Source: Trichodesmium erythraeum IMS101 (GTDB taxonomy: Bacteria > Cyanobacteriota > Cyanobacteriia > Cyanobacteriales > Microcoleaceae). Taken from it: a DNA stretch of 32,000 bases. Of this stretch, positions 1 to 11,054 are shown in pieces. Location: NCBI RefSeq assembly GCF_000014265.1, contig NC_008312.1, positions 270,001 to 302,000 of the forward strand, in the 5' to 3' direction. The notes under the pieces are model-generated. The model was not told where the DNA came from. It did no database searches and saw only the letters and a program-made list of their open reading frames with translations. Both the position numbers and the translations under genes were made by a program. Numbering within the stretch: position 1 is the first letter of the stretch; each line of letters begins with the position of its first letter.

Positions 1-872
<872 letters not shown>

Positions 873-902
873 TCTCTAACTAGACTTAAATAGTTAAAAA
901 AA

Positions 903-928
903 AGCTCTCCAGATGGAGGGCTTTTTTT
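903..928 (+). terminator. Rho-independent terminator of psbA copy 1 (A-tract, hairpin, T-tract)
   Basis: agctctcc-agat-ggagggct gives an 8-bp stem (one G-U) with a 4-nt loop, followed by T6 and preceded by A8. It starts 31 nt after the stop codon. Confidence 0.6.
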
Positions 929-1212
929 ATTTGTTTAATACCCAAAAAATTAGCTCAAGGGTAAAAAAAAGAAAGCCCTTGGTAAATTAAACATACTTTA
1001 AGAACAAATATGGGAAAAGTGATGGAAGTAGGGGTATGTGTTTCAATATTTGGTATAAAAGCTGATTTAATATTTCCTGTAGCCAAAAAACTGAATAGAT
1101 ATAACTGACTGAAGTGAAAGGTTAATTCAAGGTATTTGTATATTTGAGCCTAGGGAGATTAATTCATAAGTAATAATTATAATTCAAGTCAGGAAGACTA
1201 TCTTCAAACCCC

Positions 1213-1241
1213 TTTACAAACCAAAATAAAGTAGCTATAGT
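1213..1241 (+). promoter_or_regulatory. Sigma70-type promoter candidate for psbA copy 2
   Basis: TTTACA (1213-1218), exact 17-nt spacer, TATAGT (1236-1241). This predicts a 5' UTR of about 80 nt before ATG 1328. Confidence 0.45.
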
Positions 1242-1327
1242 ATTTATAACGGTCAAGGAAAACAAATCCGAAAGACCGATGTATCTTGAAAAATTCATAC
1301 ATATTAAACAGCAATCATAACTTAATT

Positions 1328-2389
1328 ATGACTACAACATTACAACAGCGTGAAAGCGCTAACGTATGGGAAAAGTTTTGTAGTTGGGTAACAAGCACAG
1401 ACAACCGCATATATGTAGGTTGGTTCGGTGTATTAATGATCCCTACTCTCTTAACTGCAACTATCTGTTACATCATCGCATTTGTAGCAGCACCTCCAGT
1501 AGATATTGATGGTATCCGTGAGCCCGTCGCTGGCTCTCTAATGTTCGGAAACAACATAATTTCCGGAGCAGTAGTACCTTCCTCAAACGCTATCGGTCTA
1601 CACTTCTATCCCATCTGGGAAGCAGCTAGCTTAGATGAGTGGCTATACAACGGTGGCCCATACCAGCTAGTAATTTTCCACTTCCTCATCGGAATCTTTA
1701 CTTACATGGGTCGTGAGTGGGAATTATCTTACCGCTTAGGTATGCGTCCTTGGATCTGTGTAGCTTACTCTGCACCAGTAGCAGCAGCAACAGCAGTATT
1801 CTTAATCTATCCTATCGGTCAAGGAAGCTTCTCTGATGGAATGCCTTTAGGAATTTCTGGTACTTTCAACTTCATGATCGTATTCCAAGCAGAGCACAAC
1901 ATCTTAATGCACCCATTCCACATGCTAGGAGTAGCTGGTGTATTCGGTGGTTCTTTATTCAGTGCAATGCACGGAAGCTTGGTAACATCTTCCTTAGTAC
2001 GTGAGACAACTGAAACTGAGTCTCAGAACTATGGTTACAAGTTCGGTCAAGAGGAAGAAACTTATAACATCGTAGCAGCTCATGGCTACTTCGGTCGTTT
2101 AATCTTCCAATATGCTTCATTCAACAACAGCCGTTCTCTACACTTCTTCTTAGGAGCATGGCCAGTAGTAGGAATATGGTTCACAGCATTAGGTGTGAGC
2201 ACAATGGCCTTCAACTTAAACGGTTTCAACTTCAACCAGTCCATCATTGACTCCAGCGGTCGCGTAATCAATACTTGGGCAGATATCATTAACCGCGCTA
2301 ACTTAGGAATGGAAGTAATGCACGAGCGTAACGCTCACAACTTCCCTCTAGATCTAGCAGCAGTAGAAGCTCCTTCTATTAAAGGTTAA
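1328..2389 (+). CDS. psbA: Photosystem II reaction-centre protein D1 (PsbA), complete, 353 aa
   Basis: ATG at 1328 gives the canonical N-terminus [21 protein letters not shown]. The ORF-track start at 1286 is a TTG that adds 14 non-D1 residues. Full D1 sequence with a C-terminal extension after LDLA; REWELS means Glu at position 130. Confidence 0.97.
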
Positions 2390-2484
2390 TCTCTAACTAG
2401 ACTTAAATAGTTAAAAAAAAGCTCTCCAGATGGAGGGCTTTTTTTATTTGTTTAATACCAAAAAAATTAGCTCAAGGGTAAAAA
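1518..2484 (+). repeat. Copy 2 of the tandem psbA duplication (pairs with 1-967)
   Basis: See copy 1. The duplicated unit includes the coding 3' portion, 3' UTR and terminator. Confidence 0.9.
2420..2445. terminator. Rho-independent, probably bidirectional terminator between convergent psbA copy 2 and tRNA-Val
   Basis: Same hairpin as 903-928, flanked by an A-run upstream and a T-run downstream, so it reads as hairpin plus U-tract on both strands. Confidence 0.55.
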
Positions 2485-2618
2485 GCCGTTTCAGTTCAGT
2501 AATGGTAAGTTCGGTTAATGAAATTAGCAAGACTAGTTAGACTAACCCAACAACCATATATCTTTCAGACTTTTTGGTCTGATCAGGGATAGCTAAATAT
2601 AGATATAAATAAAAAATA

Positions 2619-2692
2619 TGGACGTAACAGAACTCGAATCTGTGACCCCCACGATGTCAACGTGGTGCTCTAACCAACTGAGCTATACGTCC
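2619..2692 (-). tRNA. tRNA-Val (anticodon GAC), 74 nt, CCA not encoded
   Basis: Minus-strand read: GGACGTA-TA-GCTC-AGTTGGTTA-GAGC-A-CCACG-TTGACAT-CGTGG-GGGTC-ACAGA-TTCGAGT-TCTGT-TACGTCC-A. All four stems pair perfectly; the anticodon loop is TT-GAC-AT. Confidence 0.9.
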
Positions 2693-2704
2693 CGATAATT
2701 ATAG

Positions 2705-2733
2705 ATTATAACACACCTTTACTGAACTTGCAA
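2705..2733 (-). promoter_or_regulatory. Consensus-like promoter for tRNA-Val
   Basis: On the minus strand: TTGCAA (2733-2728), 17-nt spacer, TATAAT (2710-2705). The tRNA 5' end lies 12 nt downstream of the -10 box. Confidence 0.5.
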
Positions 2734-2763
2734 CCTCTAAAAGATATAATTTCCTACCAAAAC

Positions 2764-4590
2764 CTAACTCACCTTGTGCCAAACACTCAAACTTCCATCC
2801 CCACAACTCGCTGCCAACAGATGACCATCCATACTAAAAGTCACCGTATTGACTGTCGTATCTTTACTCAATAGTCCTACTTTCTCCATTGTATAAGGAT
2901 TCCATAAATATAAATTCCCATCCCGACAGCCACTTGCCAAAATCAAACCATCAGAACTGATAGCCACACTATTCACAGCATCAGGATGCTGTAATACTCC
3001 CAACAAATTTCCCGTGCCTAACTGCCACAACCTCACAGTATGGTCACTACTGCCACTAGCTAATATCTGACCATCGGGAGCGATCGCCACACTCCGAACT
3101 ACATCACTATGACCAGTCAAATTGAACAACAACTTTCCTGTCTGAACATCCCATAATTTAATCATCTTATCTCCACTGCCACTTGCCAAGACCTTACCAT
3201 CAAGACTAATAGCAAGAGACTCAACCCATGCAGTATGACCTTGCAAAAACCCTCGCATTTTCCCACTGGCGAGATACCAAACCTTTACCGTCTTGTCATT
3301 ATGACCGCTTGCCAATATCTGACCATCTTGGCTAATAGCGATCGCATGCACAGCACCCCACTCTTGACCAAACCAACCTTTCAAAGTACGCACCAACTTT
3401 CCAGTACCCAAATTCCAAATTTTTAGGGTACCATCATTACTGCCACTTATCAAAGTCTGACCATCCGGACTAAAAACGATCGCCTGCACCCATCCGGAAT
3501 GACTAAACATCCAACCTCCTAAAGTCTGAGGCTCGTTCCCAGTTCCCAAAGTCCATACCTTAATATTATTATCTTCACCCCCACTCACCACAGTTTGACC
3601 ATCAATACCAAAAGCTAAAGTTCTGACTTTATGACCATAACTTTCGAACCTTTCCAAACCTGCCCAAGAACTTACCAGTGTTTGCATTAAATCTTTCAGA
3701 ACCTCTTCTATAGAGTGATAACGTTCCGACAAGGAAACTTGCAACATTTTATTAATGATATTACTCAAAGACTTACTCACCGGTCTAGGTAAATGTTGTT
3801 GCCATAAAAACTCCTCACCGTAACGCAAGTCAAAAGGGTTTAATTGAGTCATTAACTGAATACAAACAATACCCAGACTGTAGATATCACTAGCAAATAC
3901 TGGTTTACCCATTAATTGTTCTGGAGCTGTATATTCTGGGGAGCCAATAATAGTATCAGTTTTGACTGTGGGGTGAATGGAAATAGCTTTAGCAGAACCA
4001 AAACCAACTAAACATAAATTATCCCCCCAGCCATATCCTGTTTTATCAGCGCCACGACGAATAATATTTTCTGGTTTAATATCGCGATGAATGACTTGAT
4101 TTTTATGTATAAATTGTAAGACTGGCAGTATTTCTTTGAGAAACTTTCTAATTTTTTGTTCATCAAATGTGCCCTGTTCTTTTAACTCTTGAGCTAAGTT
4201 TTTTCCTTGTATATATTCTTGGACTAAGTATTTATAAGACGAGACAAAAAAGTAGGCTAATAAACTAGGAATTTGAGGGTGTTTTCCGAGTTTATCTAAT
4301 TGTAAAGCTTCTCTATGAAATGATATTGATGCTTTTTCTATTTCATTAATATTTTGTTCTGCATTTTTACCGGGAGTAGCTATTGGTAGAAATTGTTTAA
4401 TTACAGATACTGATTTTGAGGGAATATCTTCATCAACTGCTAAAAATGTTCTACTAAATGTGCCCATTCCGATTGGTTTGAGGAGGCGATAATGTTCTCT
4501 CAAAATTAGTTTTGAACCACAACTTTGGCAGAATTTATTTTGATCAGGATTTTCAGGTTTTTTGCAAGTAGGATTATAGCAGTAACTCAT
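2764..4590 (-). CDS. Zinc-ribbon / Ser-Thr protein kinase-like / 7x WD40 repeat protein (catalytic motifs partly degenerate)
   Basis: N-terminal C-x4-C...C-x2-C (CYNPTCKK...CQSCGSKL). Kinase fold motifs VIKQF, HRDIKPEN and SPEYTAPE. Seven WD40 units, ending IKVW, LKIW, VKVW, IKLW, VRLW, LYLW and LSVW. ATG at 4590. Confidence 0.9.
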   Translation of the reverse strand: MSYCYNPTCKKPENPDQNKFCQSCGSKLILREHYRLLKPIGMGTFSRTFLAVDEDIPSKSVSVIKQFLPIATPGKNAEQNINEIEKASISFHREALQLDKLGKHPQIPSLLAYFFVSSYKYLVQEYIQGKNLAQELKEQGTFDEQKIRKFLKEILPVLQFIHKNQVIHRDIKPENIIRRGADKTGYGWGDNLCLVGFGSAKAISIHPTVKTDTIIGSPEYTAPEQLMGKPVFASDIYSLGIVCIQLMTQLNPFDLRYGEEFLWQQHLPRPVSKSLSNIINKMLQVSLSERYHSIEEVLKDLMQTLVSSWAGLERFESYGHKVRTLAFGIDGQTVVSGGEDNNIKVWTLGTGNEPQTLGGWMFSHSGWVQAIVFSPDGQTLISGSNDGTLKIWNLGTGKLVRTLKGWFGQEWGAVHAIAISQDGQILASGHNDKTVKVWYLASGKMRGFLQGHTAWVESLAISLDGKVLASGSGDKMIKLWDVQTGKLLFNLTGHSDVVRSVAIAPDGQILASGSSDHTVRLWQLGTGNLLGVLQHPDAVNSVAISSDGLILASGCRDGNLYLWNPYTMEKVGLLSKDTTVNTVTFSMDGHLLAASCGDGSLSVWHKVS

Positions 4591-5279
4591 ACCTTTTCAC
4601 GGAAGTCAAAATCAAAAGTCAAAACTCGGAACTCGGATTTTATAGTTTCAAAACTTTAACGTTACAGTAATTTCAAAAAAATTATTTTACATTGTTAGTT
4701 TGAAGCTATTCATAATAGATATTAGGCAGAACTGCCATATCTATATAAAGGCAAACCGCCGGAGGTGAAACTACATATGCTGTATCATCTGATATGCATG
4801 CCTAAGTTTTAGATAATATTCTTTTTTTTATACATTATCATATTTTATACCAAATCCGCAGCAAAATTATTCTATTACATTTCAGAAACTGTACCCTCAA
4901 TCTATTTTTTAATCTTGAGGATAGTATTATTGATTAGGCTAGGGAAAATTTAAACAACCTTCCAAATATTCCAGACTCTTAAAATCTAACTAATTTTCTC
5001 CTCAACTTTCCAAGTATTCAAAAAGTCAATTTTAAACTTTTACTACTTATTGAAATAAGAATATATTTAAATCATTTTTTCAGTAAACCCATAATAAAAT
5101 CGATAAGTTTAGCTTTTTTCGGTGGATAAGTCCTGATGATATGTGTTTTGATTTGATAATTTTTTTGCCATCTGTTTAGAGATAACTTTACTGTACTAGC
5201 CAACAAATTTTTCCAGAACTGAAGTCAGATTTACCATGACCAAATTATCTCACTTCATCAACCATATATAAAAATCCTT

Positions 5280-5291
5280 CCCCCCCCCCCC
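5280..5291. repeat. C12 homopolymer in an AT-rich spacer
   Basis: Direct count: c at 5280 through c at 5291, flanked by tcctt and aaatatt. Confidence 0.9.
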
Positions 5292-5666
5292 AAATATTGC
5301 GGAAAAAATGAATCTTAAAATCTGGGTCATACCTATCCGAAAAAACTCTCGCTGTTAACCCAATTTTTCTTTAATAAACTAAATTAAAACTCCACTCCCC
5401 ACAAGATAAACAGTTTCCAAATATAGCAATCTTCTTGTTAATTTAGCTACTGTTAACCTTTGAGATTTATCTTGTTTTTCAGCGAACTCAACCAAGGGAA
5501 AAATTTTACTTGTAGAGCTGAATATTTAATCTCATCTACAAAATTAAGTCATACCAATTATTATAGAATAAACTTCTTCTTTGTTTAGCTAAGTGAATAT
5601 TAATTATTCTTATGTCGTAGGGAAGTTTTATACAACCCCCCTACCCTTACTCCCCTACTAACTTAT

Positions 5667-6845
5667 TCAAATAAAAGCTTTAATTTCTGCAACTAATTTA
5701 TCAATTTCTGCCTCTAAACTAAAATAATGAATAGAAGCTCTCACACAATCTGGGTTAATAATAGTTCGCACCATAATATCCTGGTTTTCTAAAAAATTCA
5801 CTAACTCTTGATGTGATTTACCATTAGTTACTTGAAAAGAAACTAATCCAGCTTCTGGCGGTGATGTGGATAAACATTTAACTTCAGGAATTTTGATTAA
5901 ATTATCCCATAAATATTTACTTAACCTTTGAATTCTATCATACCTTTCTATTGCATTTCCCCATTGATTATGTAGACTTATTGCTTGCCTTAAACCAGAA
6001 TATAAAGGATAAGCAGAAGTAGAAACTTCATAACGTCTACCATCAGGTTTCCAGCCAATTATTTGATCAACTTTATCTCTCAAAATACTCCCCAAACCAA
6101 TAAAAGTAGGAATTAAACTTTCCCTAACTTTAGGACTTACATAAAGTCCCCCTAAACCTTCTGGTCCGCACCACCATTTATGACCAGTAAAAGCATAAAA
6201 ATCTACCTCTGTTTCTGCTAATTGTAAAGGTAAAACTCCTACAGATTGAGCAGCATCAGCTAAAACTTTAATTGGAGATTTAAATAAAGAATGGCACAAT
6301 TTAACAATTTCAGTTAATGGTAAAACCTGACCTGTATTCCACAAAATATGACTGATTACCAATAACTTTGTATTCTGACGTAAATTTTCTTTAATTACTG
6401 TTACAGGGTTTCCTTTATTCAAGGTTTCCATTATTGGACAAGTAGAAACCTCTATATTAAAACGTCTTTGAATCTCCTTAATTGTAGCAATAATTCCCGG
6501 ATGTTCACAGTCAGAAAGTAAGATATGATCTCCCTCCTGCCAATTTAAACCCCAAAGTGAAATATTACAACCTACAGTAACATTTGGTGTCAAAGCAATA
6601 GTATCTGGAGAAACTCCTAACTCAGTAGCGATCGCTCTTCGCATTAAAGCTGCTTCATTAACCACCCACTTACCAATTTTTCCAGAAAAAGGTCCGAAAT
6701 TTTGTACTTTTTGATAAGAATCATAAATTGCCTCTAAAGATATTTTAGGCATAGGTCCTTGACCACCATAATTAAAATAATTTTTATTAGCTAAAGCCGG
6801 AAAGTTTTGTCGATAACTTGACAATTGAGAAATCTTCTGATCCAT
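5667..6845 (-). CDS. Class V aminotransferase-fold PLP enzyme (cysteine desulfurase / isopenicillin-N epimerase-like family)
   Basis: The FYAFTGHKWWCGPEGLGGLYV motif carries the PLP lysine typical of the NifS/class V family, and length and overall pattern fit. I place the start at ATG 6845 (MDQKISQL...); the track start at 6869 is a TTG. Confidence 0.8.
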   Translation of the reverse strand: MDQKISQLSSYRQNFPALANKNYFNYGGQGPMPKISLEAIYDSYQKVQNFGPFSGKIGKWVVNEAALMRRAIATELGVSPDTIALTPNVTVGCNISLWGLNWQEGDHILLSDCEHPGIIATIKEIQRRFNIEVSTCPIMETLNKGNPVTVIKENLRQNTKLLVISHILWNTGQVLPLTEIVKLCHSLFKSPIKVLADAAQSVGVLPLQLAETEVDFYAFTGHKWWCGPEGLGGLYVSPKVRESLIPTFIGLGSILRDKVDQIIGWKPDGRRYEVSTSAYPLYSGLRQAISLHNQWGNAIERYDRIQRLSKYLWDNLIKIPEVKCLSTSPPEAGLVSFQVTNGKSHQELVNFLENQDIMVRTIINPDCVRASIHYFSLEAEIDKLVAEIKAFI

Positions 6846-7764
6846 AATTTTTTTGAAGATAAATAGCAAAATTATACGGTCTTTAATTATATCATAAATG
6901 TTAATTAATTTAAATAATTAGATAGATAAAAATAAACCTTATAATCAAAAACATAACAAAACTTATAATCAACTTATCAACTAGTTATAACTCTTTTAAA
7001 TCTCTATTAATATTTTAAAGATTATTAAACCTACCTAACTTATTTTCTAATTATTATATTTAGTATTAACTAACTCATTTTTTAATTTTATTAATAGTTT
7101 TTCTGCTTTAACACTTCCCCAAAAAGTTTAGTTTTTTTTCAATACCAGAAGTGAATTTTTTTTCTACTAAAATTTTCATAATATCCACAACTTTTGTCTT
7201 CTGTATTGAAACTAAAATATCTTTATTTTTAAATAATAAAAACTGCTACAATCAATCTTTTAGTACATCTGCTTCACTCTCTATTAGTCTTTCTTCAGAA
7301 ATACTTGGGAGAAATTCCTAGTCTACTATAAGAGATATATAACTTTTTGAGGCCATCCGTAGTTACTCATCCACAAGTATTGACTGATTTTGCCTACCGC
7401 ATTTCTTATATATTCAAAAAAACAACTAGTCCCTTAATTATAGAAGAAGCTTTAAACCCAATTTTTTAGCTAAATTGATATTTTAGGTATTTTTTTTGCT
7501 AGAATTTGATTAACTATAAATAATTCTACGACTACCCTGAGTCTGAAAATATAAAACACTGTAAAGCAGTAAGTTAGAGATAAATTTTGTAATTTTTTTA
7601 TATTTGACAGTTTTGTAATTATAAATACTTATTATTTTTTCTCTTTTTGGTGTAATTTTATTTTTATTCTACTAGTGGGTTGAAGTAAATAGAATAAATA
7701 TTTATTTGTTTTACTGTAGATTTTTAACTGCCGTTAAGCCCCTGACTTATGAACTAAATAATTC

Positions 7765-9303
7765 ATGTTTATCACTGACTCTCAGCTACTTTCTTATCAA
7801 CGCTGTTCTAGAAAAGTATTTTTAGATGTTTATGGAGATTTTAGACAACAAGAATCTCCTAGTGATTTTCGACTGAAATTAATTAAAGATAGTTCTGCAT
7901 TTAGGTCTAGTATAGTCGGTAATTATAATTATCAAAAACCGGATTATCCTCAGGGAAATTTTATTGCTGGGGCAAAAGCTACAAAACTATTAATGGCATC
8001 AGGTGTTGATGTGATTTATCAGGGAGTATTAATGATTCAGAAATCTGCCATAGAATCATCCCTAGAAAATCAAGTTCAGACAGATAATTTTCTATCGACT
8101 AATTTTGTTAGCTATCCAGATTTATTAATTAAATATCCTGGTTCTTCTAGCTTCGGGAATTGGATTTATATTCCCACGGATATTAAATTAAGTAAACGTC
8201 CGAAATTAGAATATCAAATAGTTACTACTTTCCATGCTCAAATATTAGCTAGCATTCAAAAAACTTGGCCAGAATTTGCTTATTTAATTCTCCGAAATAA
8301 AGGATTATACAAAGTTAATTTACAACAGAGAATTCAGGCAATGCAGCAAGCTATTTCTGAGTTAATTTTTATGTTGCAAAATTCTCTAGAACCAGAAGTT
8401 TTTATCTCTCGTCAAAAATGTAGTCTTTGTGCTTGGTATAATACCTGTCATGCTGTTGCTAAAACTGAAAAACATTTATCTCTTTTACCAGGAGTTACCT
8501 CTAATAGATATGCTGTTTTGAAGAGATTGAATTTAACAACTTTAGAATCTTTAAGTCAAACGAATCCTAATGATTTAGAAAGTTACCCAGAATTTGCTGA
8601 TGGAGTCGCAATAGAAGTTGTGCAACAAGCTCAATCAGTACGAGAAAATAAAGTTATTTTAAGAAATGAAAAATTCACAAAACAACTAGAGATTCCAGCT
8701 TTATCAATTACTGATTATAAATTAACTAAGTTAGTAAATGCTCCTGTTGAATTGTACTTTGATATTGAGGCTCAACCAGAAATTAATTTGGATTATTTAC
8801 ATGGTGTTTTAGTAGTTAATAAACGTTACAATACAGAAAAATTTTATGTTCATTTAGCAGAAAATCCTTTAGATGAAGAATTGATTTGGCATCAATTTTT
8901 AGACTTAGTTTGGAAGTATCCTATCGCTCCAATTTATCACTTCTGTGAATATGAAATTCAAACTGTCAAAAAATTAGCTAAACTCTATAATACTCCAACA
9001 TATAAGTGGAAACCATTGTTGAAAAGATTTGTGGATATTCATAAAATTATTACTCAAACTATTACACTACCTATAGAAAGCTATGCCTTGAAAAATATTG
9101 CCCGTTGGTTAGGTTTTGAATGGCGAAATCCTGAAGCTAATGGCGCTCAATCTGTTTGCTGGTATGATCAATGGTTAGCAACAGGCGATCGCTCTTTATT
9201 AGACGCAATTATTATTTACAATGAAGATGATTGTTATGCTACTTATTATGTTAAAGAATGGTTGTCAAAATTTTTAGAACAGGAACTAGGAAATAGGAAG
9301 TAA
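7765..9303 (+). CDS. RecB-family nuclease of the TM0106 type: N-terminal Cas4-like PD-(D/E)xK domain with Fe-S cysteines, HhH, C-terminal RNase-H-like exonuclease domain
   Basis: Cys at QRCSRK plus CSLCAWYNTC (C-x2-C-x5-C). YPDLLIK ... DIKLSK resembles D...(D/E)xK. LLPGVTSNRYAVLKRLNLTTLESL is HhH-like. The C-terminal YFDIE, YHFCEYE and YNEDDC acidic motifs resemble a DnaQ/RNase-H fold. Confidence 0.7.
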   Translation: MFITDSQLLSYQRCSRKVFLDVYGDFRQQESPSDFRLKLIKDSSAFRSSIVGNYNYQKPDYPQGNFIAGAKATKLLMASGVDVIYQGVLMIQKSAIESSLENQVQTDNFLSTNFVSYPDLLIKYPGSSSFGNWIYIPTDIKLSKRPKLEYQIVTTFHAQILASIQKTWPEFAYLILRNKGLYKVNLQQRIQAMQQAISELIFMLQNSLEPEVFISRQKCSLCAWYNTCHAVAKTEKHLSLLPGVTSNRYAVLKRLNLTTLESLSQTNPNDLESYPEFADGVAIEVVQQAQSVRENKVILRNEKFTKQLEIPALSITDYKLTKLVNAPVELYFDIEAQPEINLDYLHGVLVVNKRYNTEKFYVHLAENPLDEELIWHQFLDLVWKYPIAPIYHFCEYEIQTVKKLAKLYNTPTYKWKPLLKRFVDIHKIITQTITLPIESYALKNIARWLGFEWRNPEANGAQSVCWYDQWLATGDRSLLDAIIIYNEDDCYATYYVKEWLSKFLEQELGNRK

Positions 9304-9516
9304 AGGATAAGTAAATATACAGTATTAGCTCTAGCAAATGATTGACAAGGCCTAAATGGTAAAACTCTTACATTTATAATTAATTGAAGAAATTTAAGAC
9401 AGCTATATTTATGATTTATCCCATTTTTTTTCAAAATTTATGTTCCTATTATGTATAGCAATTTTGAGATAAACTATAGAGTTTATATCAAACTTTTATG
9501 CTATTTATATGAAATT

Positions 9517-10641
9517 ATGAAAAATCCTAAAAATCAAAGATATAAATATTTAATTTCTACCTTAGTTACTTGTTTGGTTATTCTTCTAATTACAGCCATA
9601 TTGATTAAATCAATGACTCAAGCAAATATTCCTAAAATAACTTTTTTAGGAGAGGTGAATTTTCCCACAGGTTTAAAATTTAAAAATACAGAAGTAGGTG
9701 GACTTTCTGGCATAACCTACAATCAAGATAAACAAATTTATTATGCTATTTCTGATGACCGTAGTAGGAAAGCAGCAGCGCGATTTTATACTCTTAAAAT
9801 TGACCTAGATATAAATAAAATTTCGGAGGAAACTGTAACTTTTATAGATGTTACAACTTTATTAAATGAAAATAGCCAACCATTTCCCTCTTTAAGTATT
9901 GATACAGAAGGAATTGCTTTGACTGGAGAGAGTTTATTTATATCTTCTGAAGGAGATAGAAAACGTCAAATACAACCATTTATTAGAGAATTTTCTTTAG
10001 CAGGTAAACAACTACAAAATTTACCAATTCCCAAAAAGTTTCTGATACAAGCTAAAAGTGGAATCAGAAATAATCTAGCCTTAGAAAATTTAACTATTAC
10101 TCCTAACAAAAAATACCTCTTCACTGCTACAGAAAATGCTTTAATTCAAGATGGTGTAAAAGCAAATGTTTCCACTGGTAGTCCTTGTAGAATTTTACAG
10201 TATGATTTAATTAAAGGTAAGCCAGAAAAAGAGTTTTTATATATCACAGAACCTATTACTTCTAAATCTAATAATTCAGGTGTTTTAAAGATTAATGGCT
10301 TAGTAGAATTAATGGCGTTAGATGATACTCATCTTTTAAGTCTAGAAAGATCTTTTTCTCTAGATACTGGAAATGTGATTAAACTATTTCAAGTTGATCT
10401 GTCAAATGCAGATAATATTCAAAAAATTAATAGCTTAAATACTCATTTAACTCCTATTTCTCCAGCACAAAAAGAATTATTATTAGATTTGAGTAATCTA
10501 GAATTAATCTCAGACAATATTGAAGGAATGACCTTTGGCCCAAGATTGGCAGATGGTCGGCGATCGCTCATCCTAGTCAGCGATAATAATTTTAACCCCT
10601 TACAATTGACTCAATTTCTCATTTTCAGCACTAAACTCTAG
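9517..10641 (+). CDS. Secreted or membrane-anchored phytase-like esterase family protein
   Basis: Signal-anchor MKNPKNQRYKYLISTLVTCLVILLITAIL. GLSGITYN...YYAISDD and IEGMTFGP...LILVSDNNFN resemble the esterase-like-activity-of-phytase family. An alternative upstream ATG at 9451 would add 22 aa. Confidence 0.6.
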   Translation: MKNPKNQRYKYLISTLVTCLVILLITAILIKSMTQANIPKITFLGEVNFPTGLKFKNTEVGGLSGITYNQDKQIYYAISDDRSRKAAARFYTLKIDLDINKISEETVTFIDVTTLLNENSQPFPSLSIDTEGIALTGESLFISSEGDRKRQIQPFIREFSLAGKQLQNLPIPKKFLIQAKSGIRNNLALENLTITPNKKYLFTATENALIQDGVKANVSTGSPCRILQYDLIKGKPEKEFLYITEPITSKSNNSGVLKINGLVELMALDDTHLLSLERSFSLDTGNVIKLFQVDLSNADNIQKINSLNTHLTPISPAQKELLLDLSNLELISDNIEGMTFGPRLADGRRSLILVSDNNFNPLQLTQFLIFSTKL

Positions 10642-10932
10642 CTGTTCAAGTCAAAAACCATTTTGGTTATCAGTTATTAGTTATTAGTATCTAGTTGTGA
10701 CCAAAACATTTTAAAGTGTCATGCATAAATTATGTATTTTGTCAATTTGTCTATGTGAAGAAAAATGTTGATAAAGCATAGTCTTTCTGGGGAGGGAAGT
10801 TAAAAGTCAAAAATCTAAGAAAGACATTGGAGGATATCTCAAAATACCTCAAGAAAAAAACTTTCAAAGTTTTGTCGGGTAAAGGTTGTGGCTCAAGGAA
10901 ACAGGAATATTGAAAAAAAATTGGATAAATGC

Positions 10933-10961
10933 TTGACAAATCAAGTAGAAAGAGTAATAAT
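10933..10961 (+). promoter_or_regulatory. Promoter candidate for tRNA-Asp
   Basis: TTGACA (10933-10938), then a 16-17 nt spacer, then TAATAAT (10955-10961). The tRNA starts at 10981. Confidence 0.35.
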
Positions 10962-10980
10962 CATATATGGCATACGGAAA

Positions 10981-11054
10981 GGGACTGTAGTTCAATTGGT
11001 TAGAGCACTGCCCTGTCACGGCAGAAGTTGCGGGTTCGAGCCCCGTCAGTCCCG
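10981..11054 (+). tRNA. tRNA-Asp (anticodon GUC), 74 nt, CCA not encoded
   Basis: GGGACTG-TA-GTTC-AATTGGTTA-GAGC-A-CTGCC-CTGTCAC-GGCAG-AAGTT-GCGGG-TTCGAGC-CCCGT-CAGTCCC-G. This is a canonical cloverleaf with anticodon GTC. Confidence 0.93.

Noticed and set aside
2572-2584. 13-mer ttttggtctgatc shared between 2572-2584 and 11302-11314
   Set aside because: Several chance 13-mer matches are expected in 32 kb of AT-biased sequence, and the flanks do not align.
3235-3426. Antisense or nested ORFs inside long genes (3235-3426, 11513-11758, 12366-12578, 16944-17231, 24646-24891, 30247-30468, 30371-30577)
   Set aside because: Each lies within a well-supported CDS, on the opposite strand or out of frame, and has an odd composition.
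5636-5662. G-rich minus-strand run (GGGG-AGTAA-GGG-TA-GGGGGG) as a G-quadruplex
   Set aside because: There are only three separable G-runs, with no fourth run nearby.
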